Assembly (NCBI RefSeq): GCF_041146345.1 | Contig: NW_027191405.1 | Span: 1,426,001 to 1,490,000 of the forward strand | DNA from: Neodothiora populina | Lineage: Eukaryota | Reading direction: 5' to 3' | DNA length: 64,000 nt | Part shown: one piece after another, positions 50,393-63,923 of the stretch | Layout of the letters: each line of letters starts with the position of its first letter | Position numbering within the stretch: position 1 is the stretch's first letter | Notes under the pieces: model-generated | What the model saw: the letters and a program-made list of their open reading frames with translations, nothing else | What the model was told of the DNA's origin: nothing | Databases searched by the model: none | Made by a program: the position numbers and the translations under genes

Positions 50393-51615
50393 GCACGGTG
50401 AAGACACTGAGAATGAAGAAGAGAAAAAAGGGTTAGGGATCAGGGCGGTGGGGCTAATGGAAAGGAGGATGCATTATCAACACTATGGTTTTTTTTTCCC
50501 CACCATGCTTCGACTTGTTTGCTGAGATAGCAGGGCGCTGATGGAAGCGGGTTTATAGCATTGTCAAGCGCGCATTTTTTGTTTGTCCTTCCTCTTCGTC
50601 TTGCTGGACGTTGGAATCATGACTTTTTGCTGATACCTTTGCTCATGAGTATTTTATGGCTTTTGACAGAAGACAAAAATACACGAATGCGATAGTATCG
50701 TCTCACGAAGTTGTCTACCGTATGCTTGAGTCTGTCGCTTACCTCGCCTTCAGCGACAATCACAATCTCTCGTTGCGATTTACCAAGCTAGCACACAGTA
50801 TGACCATCATGCTTCGATTCTCGTGCTGCATTGCATTATGACACATGTGCAGTCTGCCTTTGTGACTTGGGCAAGGTACATGCAGTACCAGTGACTTGGC
50901 TCTTGCAGGCACAGAGGCAGAATGTGGGCGGTCAAGGAGGGGTAGTCGACACGAAGTAGCTGTGTAGACAAGTGCCTGTGTCAGATGCAGACGCACAGAC
51001 AAAATCAAACCCTAAGACACTAAGTGTGGGTCATACATACAAGGCAAAGCGGTGCGGTGGTGGTAGTGGTGGTGGTGAATGTGCCCGGACCGAGCAAGTG
51101 TGGCTTGATTCTCTGTTTCTCTATTTCCTCCATGTGGTGTGGCTTGATCAGTGCGGAGCAAATGCACAGATGCACAGATGCACACTTGCCCTGCACAGAT
51201 GACTTTGGACTCAGGTGCAAATGCACTTGCCCACTGAGAAGCACAGAAGCACAGAAGCGCAGAACACACCCAACTGCTCTTTCCTTTTGGAGAACTACCC
51301 AGAGTCGCCATTTCCTTGTTCGATACCACACATTTCCGAGCCTTCCTTTTCTGCCACATTATTCCACAACCTTCACCATCCTTCACTCACGCGCACACCT
51401 CTTTCAATCTGATTATCACGATTCAGTACGCCATCTCACCGACAAGTCGTCTACGAGAGTGCTTCGCCAGACTCGGCATAGAGCCAATATACCGCGATCA
51501 CTAAATCATACATAGCGCACGTGTGTGTGTGTGACACAAACGCCCTCCCGTTTCCTCCTCACCCTTCTTCACCCTCTTCTCATATCCTTCTCCGCCTCTC
51601 CTCTCCCGATCGAAA

Positions 51616-53048
51616 ATGCTGCCGCAGCAGCAACACGTCTTCTCACACCAGCACCAATATCCCGGTCCCGCGGATTGGAGCAGTGTCCAGCAGAATGCGC
51701 AACATGCGCAGCACCAGCAGCACCCCTCGAGTCTGGCCCACAACCACGCCCAGAACCCTGCTGCTCTTCAACACCAAAACGTAAATGTCGCACATCAACA
51801 CGCTCAAGCCCAGGCTGCCGCCGCAGCAGCACACGCCGCACAACAGCAACATTACTCCAGGATAGCGGCGGGTGGTGCAGGCATGGGTCAGGGAACCCAC
51901 GATCATCTCGGGCCTAGCCCAGGTTCCCAGCAACAACAACAACAACAACAACAACAACAGCAACAACAGCAGCAGCAACAATTACAGCAACAACAGCAGG
52001 GAAATGGCGCCAATGGCATGGTCGTCGGTGGCGATCAGGGCGCTGTCAGTGACGAGAATAGGAGAGTCCTCGAATGGATCGCTCAGATGATGAGAGCCGA
52101 GACGCGCGAAAGTGCGCTGCTGGAGCTGAGCAAGAAGAGAGAGCAGGTTCCGGAACTGGCTCTCATTCTTTGGCACTCGTTCGGTGTCATGACCACCTTG
52201 TTGCAGGAAATCATCAGCGTCTATCCGCTTCTGAACCCGAGTCAACTCACCGCTGCCGCGAGCAATCGCGTGTGTAATGCCTTGGCCTTGCTGCAATGCG
52301 TAGCCTCTCACAGCGAAACGAGGGGCCTGTTCCTTGGAGGTGCGTCAACTCTCGAATTTCTTGCTTTTATGGGGGTTCCTTGCTGACTTTCTGCCTTAGC
52401 CCATATCCCTCTGTTCCTCTACCCTTTCCTCAACACCACTTCGAAATCCCGTCCATTCGAATATCTCCGACTCACCTCTCTTGGTGTTATCGGCGCTCTT
52501 GTCAAGAACGACAGCAGCGAGGTCATCAACTTCCTGTTGACGACTGAAATCATCCCACTTTGTCTCCGTATAATGGAGACTGGCAGCGAGCTGAGCAAGA
52601 CGGTCGCCATCTTCATCGTCCAGAAGATCCTTCTCGATGACTTGGGTCTGCAATATATCTGTCAAACATATGAGCGCTTCTACGCCGTGGGCACTGTCTT
52701 GAGCAACATGGTGAATCAGCTTGTCGAGCAGCAGACTGTGAGACTACTCAAGCATGTCGTGCGGTGTTTTTTACGGTGAGCATGGAACTTCTCCAGTCGT
52801 TTGTTAATCATCGGAAGATACTCCTGCTGACTCTTGGTTTCACTACGATAAGCCTCAGCGACAACGCCCGCGCAAGAGAGGCCCTTCGTCAATGTCTCCC
52901 GGAACCTCTTCGCGACGCTACCTTCTCCAGTGTTCTCCGCGATGATGCCGCAACCAAGCGCTGCCTTGCTCAACTTCTTCTTGCCTTGTCCGATCAGGTC
53001 GTCGATCCCGGCCAGCAAGCTCACCAAGGACAGATGCTTCTCCAATAG
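51616..53048 (+). CDS. RCD1: CCR4-NOT subunit Rcd1/Caf40/CNOT9; introns 52340-52399 and 52776-52852
   Basis: [53 protein letters not shown] and [14 protein letters not shown]-rich N-terminus. Confidence 0.96.
51928..51999 (+). repeat. (CAA/CAG)n poly-glutamine tract in Rcd1
   Basis: cagcaacaacaacaa...cagcaacaattacagcaacaacagcag. Confidence 0.9.
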
Positions 53049-54495
53049 GTTGTCGACAGCGTACAGAAGTCCATGAATTGGCTCGCATTCAACTTGCGCT
53101 CCTTGGAGCTTCTTTCATTCTACACGTGTACAAAAAGGATCAGGCGGTCTATACTTGCATCAATTGATGCAAGCCGCCATTCACTCCTGTCCAAAAAGCT
53201 CCACTGTTGCTAGACATTTTCACCCTGGTTTTCTTTCATTCTCATGATACCCCCCTTATCGGAGCCATGTCTTGATTTATACCTTTTCATTTCCACACCT
53301 GACATTTTCACATTTTACTGCTTCTGATGATGGATTTTTTGCGCCGAGGGGCGCCTATCGAAGCCTTTGAGCGAGGAGCGGAACCGGAAACGAGACATCT
53401 TACTTGTCCTTGTTTCTTCAGTCAAGGGTACATTAACCTTGCCCTGCACACTGCAATGGGTCATGGCAACTTGGATTCGCTCTCAACATTGTTTCGGCAA
53501 CCTGCATTGACTTGCACCAAGGACACGTTACACGTACGAAGAGGCTCCGTCAGCTCATGGATCACAATGCACGAAGCAACAAGGGATAAGATGAGGGCGC
53601 TCGACAAGCTGATACGAAGGAACATGGAGTGAAGAACGGGAGAGAAATGCAAGGAGCCAAGACCCAAGGCATCGATGAGTGCGCCATCATCTCTCAATGC
53701 CACTTCCAGACTAAACTTTTTTTTGGAGGAATAGGAGCGCAACTCAGGGTTTTTTTCAGTGTTCTCCAGTCGCGCAGGGAGTTTGTTTTGCATCAGACAC
53801 GCGAAGGGAAAGGAAAGCAATGAAGATTTATTTCCAGGCGCATTTCGATATCAATGGATGATACGAAGGAGTCTGCAATGGAACTTGGATGGGAATTGTA
53901 GAACGAGTAAGAGAATTTTCCGAGAACGAAAGACGGCGGACATGTCGAGAAACGCAGCAAATGAGAAGAAGAGCAACGACCCCAAAAAAATCGGAGGTGC
54001 ATGGTAAGTGGTTGGGTGGGGGACATCCAGAGCAAATTAAAGCAAAGCAAAGCGAGGGCGTTTTCTGGTTTTGTTCTTTGTCTTCTGCTCTTGCTTCTTT
54101 TTCTTCTTCAGGCGGACTGTCTTGTGCGATAGTATGAAAAGAAAAGCGGATACGGATTATGGGGGATGGGGGAAATATAGGCCAAGGAGTTTGAATTTCT
54201 TTTCTCTTTTCTTTTTTTTGATATTAGATCTGTACATGGTAAAAAGGTAAAACTTATGTTCCTCTCTCTCCAAACCGACTGGTGAATTGCTCTTGACGGT
54301 TCTTTGGCTCCTGGTCTTCGATATCAGACGGTATCGAGGGCGTGTGGGATCGAGTATTCCATTCAAGATGGAACACTCGACCTCTCATGAGTCAACCGTC
54401 TAGTGGGACTCAAGAGAATGCCTTTTCTTCTTGCTCTTCTCGACGACTCGTTGGTGATTGGCAAGGAAGCTAGATTACGTCTTTTGAATCGCGTA

Positions 54496-54596
54496 TGGAT
54501 TTTAGAGTCAGTGAATTATAAGATAGAGTATGAGTTCATGGTGCTTGGATTTTAGAGTTGGTGAACTTACGAGATAGAGTATGAGTTCATGGTGCT
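54496..54596. repeat. Imperfect ~50-bp tandem duplication
   Basis: tggattttagagt..gtgaa..ta..agatagagtatgagttcatggtgct occurs twice (54496-54545 and 54546-54596), flanked on both sides by gaatcgcgt. Confidence 0.9.
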
Positions 54597-54895
54597 CGAA
54601 TCGCGTGTGTTGTGTGCCTTGTTCACAGATGATGCTGTACCTACCTTACCTTGCAGAGCGAGGACCAGGCCAGGCCCACCAAGTCCAAAAGCGATCGATG
54701 GTTATATCTCCTCTTCGTCTTCGTTCGTTCACGGTGTATATGTATGTGTGGTTAAGCTTTTGATATTTGCATCCCAAGTTATGCTGTCTGTCCCATCGTA
54801 TTCTATCCGAGAAAGGGAAGAGCAAGAGCGGCGTCTCCGTCTCTCGTTTCTACTATCTAGCTGACCTTACGGCGCCCCCGCTTCGTCCCATTCGT

Positions 54896-57800
54896 TCAAA
54901 ACTCCATCGCTATGCCCTCTGGCATCCCAAAGCCCCCTCCTCCGCCAAGTAACGGGAACCTGCCGTGCAACATGTCGCTCCTCCTGTCCAGCTCGGTCTG
55001 GTATTCTCTTCGCACATCCTCGAGCGTGACGATTTTCCGTTTCTTCGCTGCTGCTGCTGCTGCTGCTGCCGCGGCACCGACGACGACGACCGAAGACGAA
55101 GAGGCGTGGTCGACTAGCACCCACCCGTCTTCCTTGCCTAGACATGCTAGCGCGTTGATGCAGACCAGGTAGGCCTCTAGCAGGGTTTCGTCGTCTGGCT
55201 CGAAGACTTTGCTGGCGACTACGGGGGGTTTGCTGGTGCTCGTCTCGCCGACTGTCGTGCTGGTTGTGGACGACGAGGCGGACCGCAGCAGTTGTAGGCG
55301 GTCGTAGAGGATCGAGGCCGCGCCTCGGAAGTCTTGCGTGTGCATCCGCCAGGCGTACATGACTTGGTGGTATTGAGGGAGGGGTGTTGCTGTTGATGAT
55401 GCGACGGGGGAAAAGGGGAGGTGTTTCTTGGTTAGGGTCAGGAGGATTTGGTCGATTTCCGGGTACATGTGTGAGGGGAAGGGGAGGGATGTCAGGAGGG
55501 TCAAGGGCGATTGTTGGGACATTGAGGTTTCTGAAGAGGGGGAGAGAGATGAGTGGATGAGTGAGGATATCAGGGATTGCAGGTTTGCTTTTCGTCTGTT
55601 TGGTCGAATTAGCATATGTAAAACAGGAGAGATATTGGGGAGAGCAAAGAAACGAAAGGCAACTTACAGTGCTGGGTCTCGGACCAACAACAACACATCG
55701 AATGCTCGTCTGTAATGACTCGTTTGCAACGAAGCACTGAAGATTCTCGACAATATCTCTTCTTTGAGCTGCTGTACCCTCAGCAAATGCAGCTCCTCCA
55801 TCGCCATGTCCACCTGCATCGCTGCCGGTGAATTGTGCATGTTGCGTTTCCTCGAGTCCAGCTTTGATAGCGCGTCATCGTCTAGTGCTGCGGGGTCGTT
55901 ATGGCCTAATTCCTCCAGCGCCAAAGAAGCGAAATCCGCAGTGTAGGTGTGGATCTTGAGTGCTTCGTAGAGAGAGGACACGTGCATATAGAAACGCGGT
56001 AATCCATCATTGAAGAAAGATCTCTCGGTTCCCTTAAGCAGATTTGATGTGTCGATGTCGTCGATCTTGGGAGACTTCGAGCTGAGGTCCTCGGCACAGC
56101 GCTTCAGGAGCACTCCTGCCATTGTGAAGTCACCAGTGGCAAGATACAGTCGTCCGCGGAGGTATTGCGCCCACGGTCCGGATGGCAAAAAGGCCTCAAA
56201 CTCCGTGGCCAGCTCGTGGTTACCGTGCTTGATGAGATTACCCATGATATGCATAACCACGCCGTCGTACGATTTTGCCAAGTTGGCTCCATATGTCCAC
56301 GCCCGAGACCAGTACGTGATCAGTGACGACATGCTTTCGTTCGGAAAGCGCATCGCCTGCCAGTCACCGATGAAAATGCTTTCGAAAAGTGTAAGTGCGG
56401 GCTGAACCGTACGCTTGTTCTTGCTTAGAGGATCCAGGATCTCCTTGGTTCGCTTCGAAGGCTCCTGGCGCACATTGCTGGCCAGCCATAGTAGGATCTT
56501 GTGCTCTTTGAGTTTCGCCATAAGGTCCTGATACAGCTCCGAAGCATTAAAGTCAGAGGACAATTCTTCAGGTTCAAGATCACCAGCCATGAAGACAACC
56601 AGCGCAAGTAGATCCAGAACAGCCTCGTGTGTTGATTGTAGTGTCTCTTGTGCGCCTCTGATGGTCGTCTTGTCACCATATCTGGTGAGTGCCTGCTGCA
56701 GGTCTGATCCGCGTTCAGGCTCGGCCAGTCGCTCGATAGCCGCAAGAAAGATATCGTTCGTCAGCTCGCCTAGACCCCCAAGGTCTTGCATGGACTCTGT
56801 AAGACTGTCAAAGTCTTCGTTAGAGACTTCGGAGTGCAGAGCGCATGCATCGTAAAGCTCAAGTACGTGACGACTGTACTTCTTATGCACCCCGTTCACT
56901 GTCTTGTCCGTGCTGAGTTGTAATGCGTTGACCGTACTCGCCTGCTCAAAAGTGGACTGAAAGTATGCAGACAGTCCTCTTCTGAAAGCACGAGCTCCGA
57001 TCAGCAATCTGGCGACTGGAACACAGTTATCGTCAGGCAGGTAATTAGCGAGCGGTAAAGAATTGACGATGTAGTGTTCCTCTTGTGTGATGAAGATGTC
57101 TGAGTTGTGGTTGATGACTTCGAATTCGCTGCATGTCCTGACTGGACTTACGAAGTCTGCCCGGACGATCCATGGCAGGGCGAGAGCTGCGTCAAAGGCA
57201 AGAGATAGTGAATCAGCCCGGCGACTGTGAAGTAGTCTGACCAGACCAAAATACGTGTGCCACTGCGCAGCGATATCTGACTGGTAACGCTCAAAATCGA
57301 TCTGGCCAGAAGCCGTCTTGTTCACTTCGATCTTGGCGGAGATTGCGTCGCAAAGTCGCCGTTTTAGAGGCTTGTCATTTGATGCTCGTGTTGAGTCGGT
57401 CAGAAGCTTTAGTCCTTTTCGATAAACAAATAGTGCAGTCTCAAGCGTGGCGGTACTGAAACGACCGGGGTAGAACAGAAAGTCCAGCCATCGCTCGGAC
57501 GGACTTGAAGCATCATCCGCAGCCAGCAAGACGTCCGACTCGGCAGGATATTGAGCAATGTTCATGAGCGAGTCGATACTGAGTGAACCTTCATCCACGG
57601 CCGCCCAGTTGTTCTGCCACACATCTTCCACATCCTCTGGAGGTGCCAAAAGGTCAAAGGTTAGAGTAAAGATCTTCACAAATGCACCAGCTCGGACTCT
57701 GATCCAGAGTTGAGATTGTCGCCATCCGTGCCCTGGCAAGATTCGGAACTCGACAATCTGCCACACATTGGTGTTCATGAGTTCGTCGAGTGGGGGTATC

Positions 57801-58963
57801 AACTTGGCCTCCGATTGGAGATCCCTCATGCCGTGAGCGGTCGAGTCTGCATCTCTGATTGCCCAGAACTTGAATCGATGGTCCTTGGGCGAATTGGTAA
57901 CGATATAGTACATGTCTCCATCTGGACGGCCTTGCACTTCGACAATTTGCATGATGGAACCTTGACTCGGGTCGATTAGATACTGAGCTCCGTTGTGGAC
58001 GTTTTCCTTCTCGTTTTCGCCAAGTAGATCGGTCTGAACAGCAGTCTTTCCAGTCTTCATGTTCCAAGCCTTCAGGGTATGGTCGAGAGACACGGTGAAC
58101 AAGTGGTCGCTATCCGGTGACATGGCAATGGCGGTTGGCGTCGAAGACTCGAGATCGACGTCGCCAAATCTCACGGTATTGTGGCCTCTAAAGGGAATGA
58201 GTCCTCTAAAAGTAGATCCCCAGCCTCCTTCACTAAAGAAGGTCTCGCGCCATGAAGAACCTGTAGCATGGTTAGAGATCTCTATCATCAATTATCCGAT
58301 AGACGGCTACGCACCACTGTCCCCAGCCTTTCTGTCCAACCGTAAGAGGCTTCCATCGTGCAAGGAGATGAATAATTCGAGCGAACTTGTTGCGACTAAT
58401 TTATAAGGATTCTTGAAGCTGAATGAGGTCGGCTTGTACATTTTCCAGCATGTAGACGTGTCGAATTCCTCGGACGTCGGTACTGAGTCTCTCAGCAAGA
58501 CTCCCTTGCTCAAGGTGAATGTGAACAGTTCATTGCTCGTCGTAAGGACAAACACTTCCAGTGCATCATGCTGCTCGGGGTCCGCGAAAGCGATTCCGTT
58601 CAATCGTATGGGATTGGCGAAGCTCAGCGCAAACGTCAAGACCGACTCCTGTGTGTTCTGTTTCGACTGCGCCAGATCCACGGATTGTATTTCCAATAGG
58701 TTGCGATCTTGGAGCACGCGCCAGAGAAAAGTGCGAGGAGATCTCGAACTGCGACGAAAGAAGATGGAGCCCTCGGTGGCTATGTGACGTTTTGCGTACG
58801 AGTCTTCATCTTGGTCGACGTCGCTCTCTATCGGTCTTGATCGTTTGCGGCCAGAGAATAGGCCCGTGGGCTCTGTGGAAATGTGAAGGGTGGAATTACT
58901 GTAGGTCGGCTCGATGTTTAGTCGCGCCTCTGTGTAGAGATACGGCGCAACCGTCGACGACAT
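54896..58963 (-). CDS. NUP120: Nucleoporin Nup120/Nup160; introns 58314-58261 and 55667-55596
   Basis: FFRRSSRSPRTFLWRVL, LFTVSLDHTLKAWN, ERWLDFLFYPGRFS and C-terminal YAWR..DFRGAASILYDRLQ..RKIVTLEDVRREY. Three ORFs join in frame. Confidence 0.9.
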
Positions 58964-59552
58964 TGCGCGCCCGTACGTATATGTGTGTCTCCGCAAGGCA
59001 AAAGCGCTCGCCTGGTGGATGGAAGAGAAGGGAGCGTGATCAGGCGTGGTCAAGTCAAGCAGAGCGTGTTTGCAGACTTCACGTGAAGCTCAATTACATT
59101 CGCGTCTCAGATATTCGTGAAGCCCCAAAGTTATGCCAAGACTTTTGAGACGATGGCGGACTCTTTTGCGGAGATGATGGCGGAGGTGAAGTGAACCTCG
59201 TTCATCATCTTGTTTATCACTTCCTCTCCCACGTCGACCATGAATATCATTAACATGGTCTGCTAGGTTCAGAGAATGTTTATAATACTCTGCTGGATTG
59301 CTCGGCGTCAAAGTGCCTCTGCATATTCTATAGACAATTGTGTGTACTACTCGTGCTCATGCATGCAAGTAGAGTATAAGTTGATACCCACGTTCATCCA
59401 CACTCCGCTCTGTAATCTGCCCCGACGTTCCTCCTAGCGCCAGATAATGCAGAAAAGTTGGTATCATGATTATGAAAAAGCAAAGAATCCCCCATCCCTC
59501 CTACCCTTGTGCGCCGTAGACTTTACCATTACTCGTCAACCCCTTGCAGGTT

Positions 59553-60724
59553 CTATGCGCGACCGTCTTTCTCCAGGTCCTTGGGTGTCGGGTCACCAAT
59601 GCCGTCCTCATTGATGGCGAACATACAGTCACTCTCGGGTAAGCAAGGGCTGTCGTAGATCTTGCATATTCTAGTCTCACCCCTGCCCTTCTTGAAGCTG
59701 AGACGCGTCGTACTGGCGTGAGCGATAATGTTTCCTCCAATGGGCTTCTTGGGATCGGGGTTGAACATGGCCGATGGGCCGCCGTCGACCTGTGCGACAA
59801 CTTGGTTGGTGATGACTACAGCGATTCCGAACTCATCTGCCAGGCGTTGTAGGGTACGCATGAACTTGGCCAGATGGACCTGTCTTGCTGAAAGCTCTCC
59901 ACGTCCAGAGAAGTCTGTGCGGTACAGAGAGGTAGCTGAGTCAACGACGAGTAGCGAAAACCGTGTTTCTGTCATCATTTGAGCTGCCTGGTTCAGCAGA
60001 TCAAGTTGATGATCCGAGTTGTACGCCCTCGCGTATGCCACATTGTCCAACACCTCTTCTCCACTAAGTCCGAAACGCTGGGCAACCGAGAGGAGACGAA
60101 CGGGTCTGAATGTACCTTCGGTGTCAATATAAAGACACTTTCCCTCGCCACCACCCATGTCAAATGGTAGTTGACAGGTGACTGCGAGGGTGTGGCACAG
60201 CTGACTCTTTCCTGTCCTGAACTCGCCAAACACTTCAGTAATTGATCCAGTTTCGATACCGCCAGCAAGTAAAGTGTCAAGCTGCTTGGACCCAGTAGTG
60301 ATACTAATGAGCTCGCTTCTTCGGGCATGCATCTCGGTGGCGGTAGTGAAACCCATGGGCACAAGTTTCGATGCTGAGCGCTGATTAGCACGAGTCCATC
60401 CACTTTCACATATATTTAAACCAACCTTCTATGAGCATCTTCGATGCCTTCTGCTCGGATATACCCTTGATGCGCTCAAGTACCATCTTGGGGGTATACG
60501 CCACCGCCTCAACCGTATGGAAGCCGCCATCAACGAAGAGCTGAATGTCCCTCTTTGTCAATCCATTCATACCCTGCGTCGGCAATCAGCGAGGCTGTCA
60601 TACGTCTTGACATGAGAGTTATATCTACCTCTAAAGCAGAGAGTGGCGTTGGTGCGCCAGGGCCGCCACCCATCTCTTCCTCCATTCCTGATTGAGACTG
60701 AGCCTCTTCGGGAGCTGCACTCAT
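59553..60724 (-). CDS. RAD51: Recombinase Rad51; introns 60628-60574 and 60425-60374
   Basis: [20 protein letters not shown], Walker [31 protein letters not shown] and [12 protein letters not shown]. Confidence 0.98.
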
Positions 60725-60863
60725 GATGGGCGATCTACGCTACGATTTGCACTGACGGAGATCGATATACTTTTCCTTTGAAGAGTCGCTGGGCGTGCTG
60801 TCGTCGTTGTTGTCGAGGATGAGAAGGAAAGATAATTGAAGATGTTCTCGAAATGGTAGATGA

Positions 60864-60890
60864 TCGCGTTTAGTGGCAAGTGCGACGCGT
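60864..60890. promoter_or_regulatory. MCB-like elements upstream of RAD51
   Basis: TCGCGT at ~60864-60869 and ACGCGT at 60885-60890, 140-165 bp upstream of the ATG. Confidence 0.5.
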
Positions 60891-61475
60891 ATCTGGTCCG
60901 TGGCTTATCGAAAATCTGGGGATGCAGGAGGCAACAGCGACACACGAAGTCACGTTTTCAGGGTCCATTACAAATGAATCTTCATTACCTTCCGCGGCAC
61001 ATGACGGGGCGACCCTGGCTGCAGAGGTCAGGCACGACCGAGTTCACAAGAACCTGTGGATTCGAGATTACTATCATAGTGTTCTCACCATTGAGGTTAA
61101 CAAGGCAATGAGATGTCCTCTACCGAAACTCATGAGTCCTTGACCATTTCTTTGTGTTTCTCTGTTGACATAACAACGCCTCGAAGTTCGTTCATTTCAA
61201 TCAGCGGAAGCTTCTGCACGGTTGACTTGGAACGACTTTTGTTTAAAGCGGTATCTTACGATGACGGTGGTAACATATACATTAAAAACACCTCAACGTG
61301 TAGCTGGACTCGCAGGTGAACATGGCATGAGTTTACCACCCAATTTTCGAAACGAGGTGACATGACTTCTTCCGATAGGCCGCATCGTGCTGACATCGGC
61401 AAAAGAGGAAGCGCGAAGGGTCATTGAAGACATCGTTCGCAGGCGAGCGAGCATGTACCATTGCGTATGCACACC

Positions 61476-63398
61476 TTAACCCGTCTTTGGTTTCTTGCTC
61501 ATCGGCAAGGCAGGCACCTTGAAGCCATCCTTCGTCATGCTTCCAGAACTGCTACTGGCACCACCGCCAACTTGAGTGAAGGTACCACCCTTGAACCATC
61601 TATCCTCCTCTGCTTTTCTCTTCCTGTTCATCTCTTCTCTTACTTTTGGATCCACAAGTTCCAGACCCTGTACTGGTGTGAAAGCAACAGTGCTTGTACC
61701 ACTAGCTGCTGCGCCGACTCCGCTTGTGCGCAGTCCCGAATTACGCAGCACAGAGGCAGTGCCAGATCCAAAGCCACCCTGGAAAGTTGACGCCAGACCA
61801 CTCTGTGCGCCGCCTGCCGGCGTAGCCCCACCCCAGCCTTGATTCTTCTTCGACAGCTTCGCTCGTGTCCTCTGATCAATCTGAGTGGCACGAATACGAC
61901 CTTCTTGGGCTGTACCTATCATGCCCATACCGATCGTGCCTTCACCTTGGCCATAGCCAACTTCAGCCTCTTCCTTACCAAATGCCATACGGTTCTGTGC
62001 TTTTCGCAGATCCGTCATGGCTGTGGCTTCCTTTGCTTTGCGAGCTCGTCGTCCACCTCGCTTGCGACTAGGTTTGTCATCGGGTGCTGGAAGCGCTCTT
62101 GCGCCCCGGTTGGGAGGTGCTTCTGTCAGCTTCTCTAGACGATCAAGACACTGTTGTTTCAGGTCTTCTCCGGTAAAGCCATTAGGTGACTCGTGAACTC
62201 GATCGACACGGGCAGCAAGCACGACTTTGGCGCTGACAATGCGCATTGCCTGCTTTTTGAGATCGGTCGGGATCTCGCGAATGATAGGGGAGTTGTAAAG
62301 GAAACCTTGGTGGCGTACTCCTACGTTTGTGGCAAACCCTGTCTGAGTATTCTTCTTCGATCCGAGGGGAGGAATATTGCAGGAGGGAGTTTTAGCGAGA
62401 CCAGTGATACCTCCAGCGTAGTTGATGAGTTGGGCGGCGGTGAGCGAGCCGATCAAGACAGTCAAGTTTGGTGCGAAGAGATTCATCCGTGATTGCACGT
62501 AGTCAGTCAGGGTTTTCTTTGCCTTGTCAAGGCGCAGGATCATCTCGCATGCACTCCGGACAGCTGCGAGCTCCGACTCTGAGAGAGGTTGACCCCTGGT
62601 AGTGGTTCCTTCCACGGTGACAACCATAAGCGATGGACCATCGAGAACCTGGCGCAAGGACTGTCCAACCATGGGGTTCATTTCATTCTGGATAGCTTTG
62701 ATGTTGTCCATGGGGCCATTGCCAATGATTGCGACCGTCTTTGCATAGTCCAGAGGATTGACAACGAGCCGCTCGAGTTCCGGGAAGCGCACAGAGTAAT
62801 GGTCGCGGGTGAACTTGTGCACAAGCATGATCTCGCCATCGATAGAGGTGGAGAGTGTATTTGCTTGTGTCAACAGCTTGTACTCAGGGTTATCCTCCAC
62901 GGAACCAATGTTTTTCGTTTGCTTCTCTGGTGGGAGAGCTTGGTAATGAGCGATTTTCTGCAGGAGAAATACCAGAGTCAGGGCTAAAGCTCATCGATGT
63001 AAATCTGATTTGCGCAAATGGGTAATGTGAGAGGTGACTGGGTAGCTTACCTCGAGTACGGGTTCCAGTGTCTTCATAAGGCCTGCCACACTTCGCACGT
63101 CGCCGACAGCGCCCAGCTGCATCTTTTCCACCCTCGCTTTGGTCTCTTCTTCGTCCTCGGCCTCTTGTGCATTGTTCAGGCTAGCATCGCCTTCCATGTC
63201 TTGGTCTTCGATCTCTTCTTCGTCTCCGTCAAGCTCCATGCCGCCATTGCCATTTGGCTCGTCCGGGTCCAGAGGGCGCAGTCCATTGGCAGATGGACCA
63301 CCTATGAGATCGTCATCTCCCTGGAGATTGTTGTTTGTCTCTTCTTCATCCCCGCTGTCTTCGAAATCGTTGAGCAACTCATCTGCGATGGTCGCCAT
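61476..63398 (-). CDS. PRP31: U4/U6 snRNP protein Prp31; intron 63050-62958
   Basis: MATIADELLNDF, RFPELERLV, Nop domain (APNLTVLIG..AKTPSCNI) and RKRGGRRARKAKE..QNRMAFG. Confidence 0.96.
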
Positions 63399-63923
63399 GT
63401 TGTAGTTGGATGCGCAACGGCGCACTGGACCTGAATGGTTTGCTCTATAGTTGCTGAGTGTATATCACTTATCTTATTAATAGTGTTGACCGTCTCGACG
63501 AGATGATTTGGTTCTAGGGTGGAACAGAGTCGGTGTGCTGGAGATGATGTAGTGATGTCAATGTTGAAGTTCTTCAGCCCTTTCGATACAAAATACAGGA
63601 AGGTGGAGGGCGGAGGACGGCAGAGGTGGAGGTGGCGGCGGTGGTGGTGGTGAGCTCACAAAGTTCCGCTCCGCCGTGAGGCTCTGCGTTGCTCCAGGCG
63701 GCGTCTGCCAAGACTCGAGCAACTGTATCTTTACTGCCTACATCGGCTTTCTATCCATCACCATCATACACTCCACCTCGCTCTGATTGTCGCCATATAT
63801 TGCCCGGCGCACTGGTCGCGCGCAATCGGACTGGTACTGGGCTCACATCTTCCTACACGCGTCCAACAATAAAATTGAGATTCTGTCCTCCCTACACACC
63901 AACGATACTATCTCACCTTCATC

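Noticed and set aside
50429..50444. Telomere-like gggttagggatcaggg
   Set aside because: A single TTAGGG in the KIN1 3' UTR is consistent with chance.
54496..54596. CRISPR-like repeats
   Set aside because: Only two adjacent copies with no spacer and no cas genes, in a eukaryotic context.
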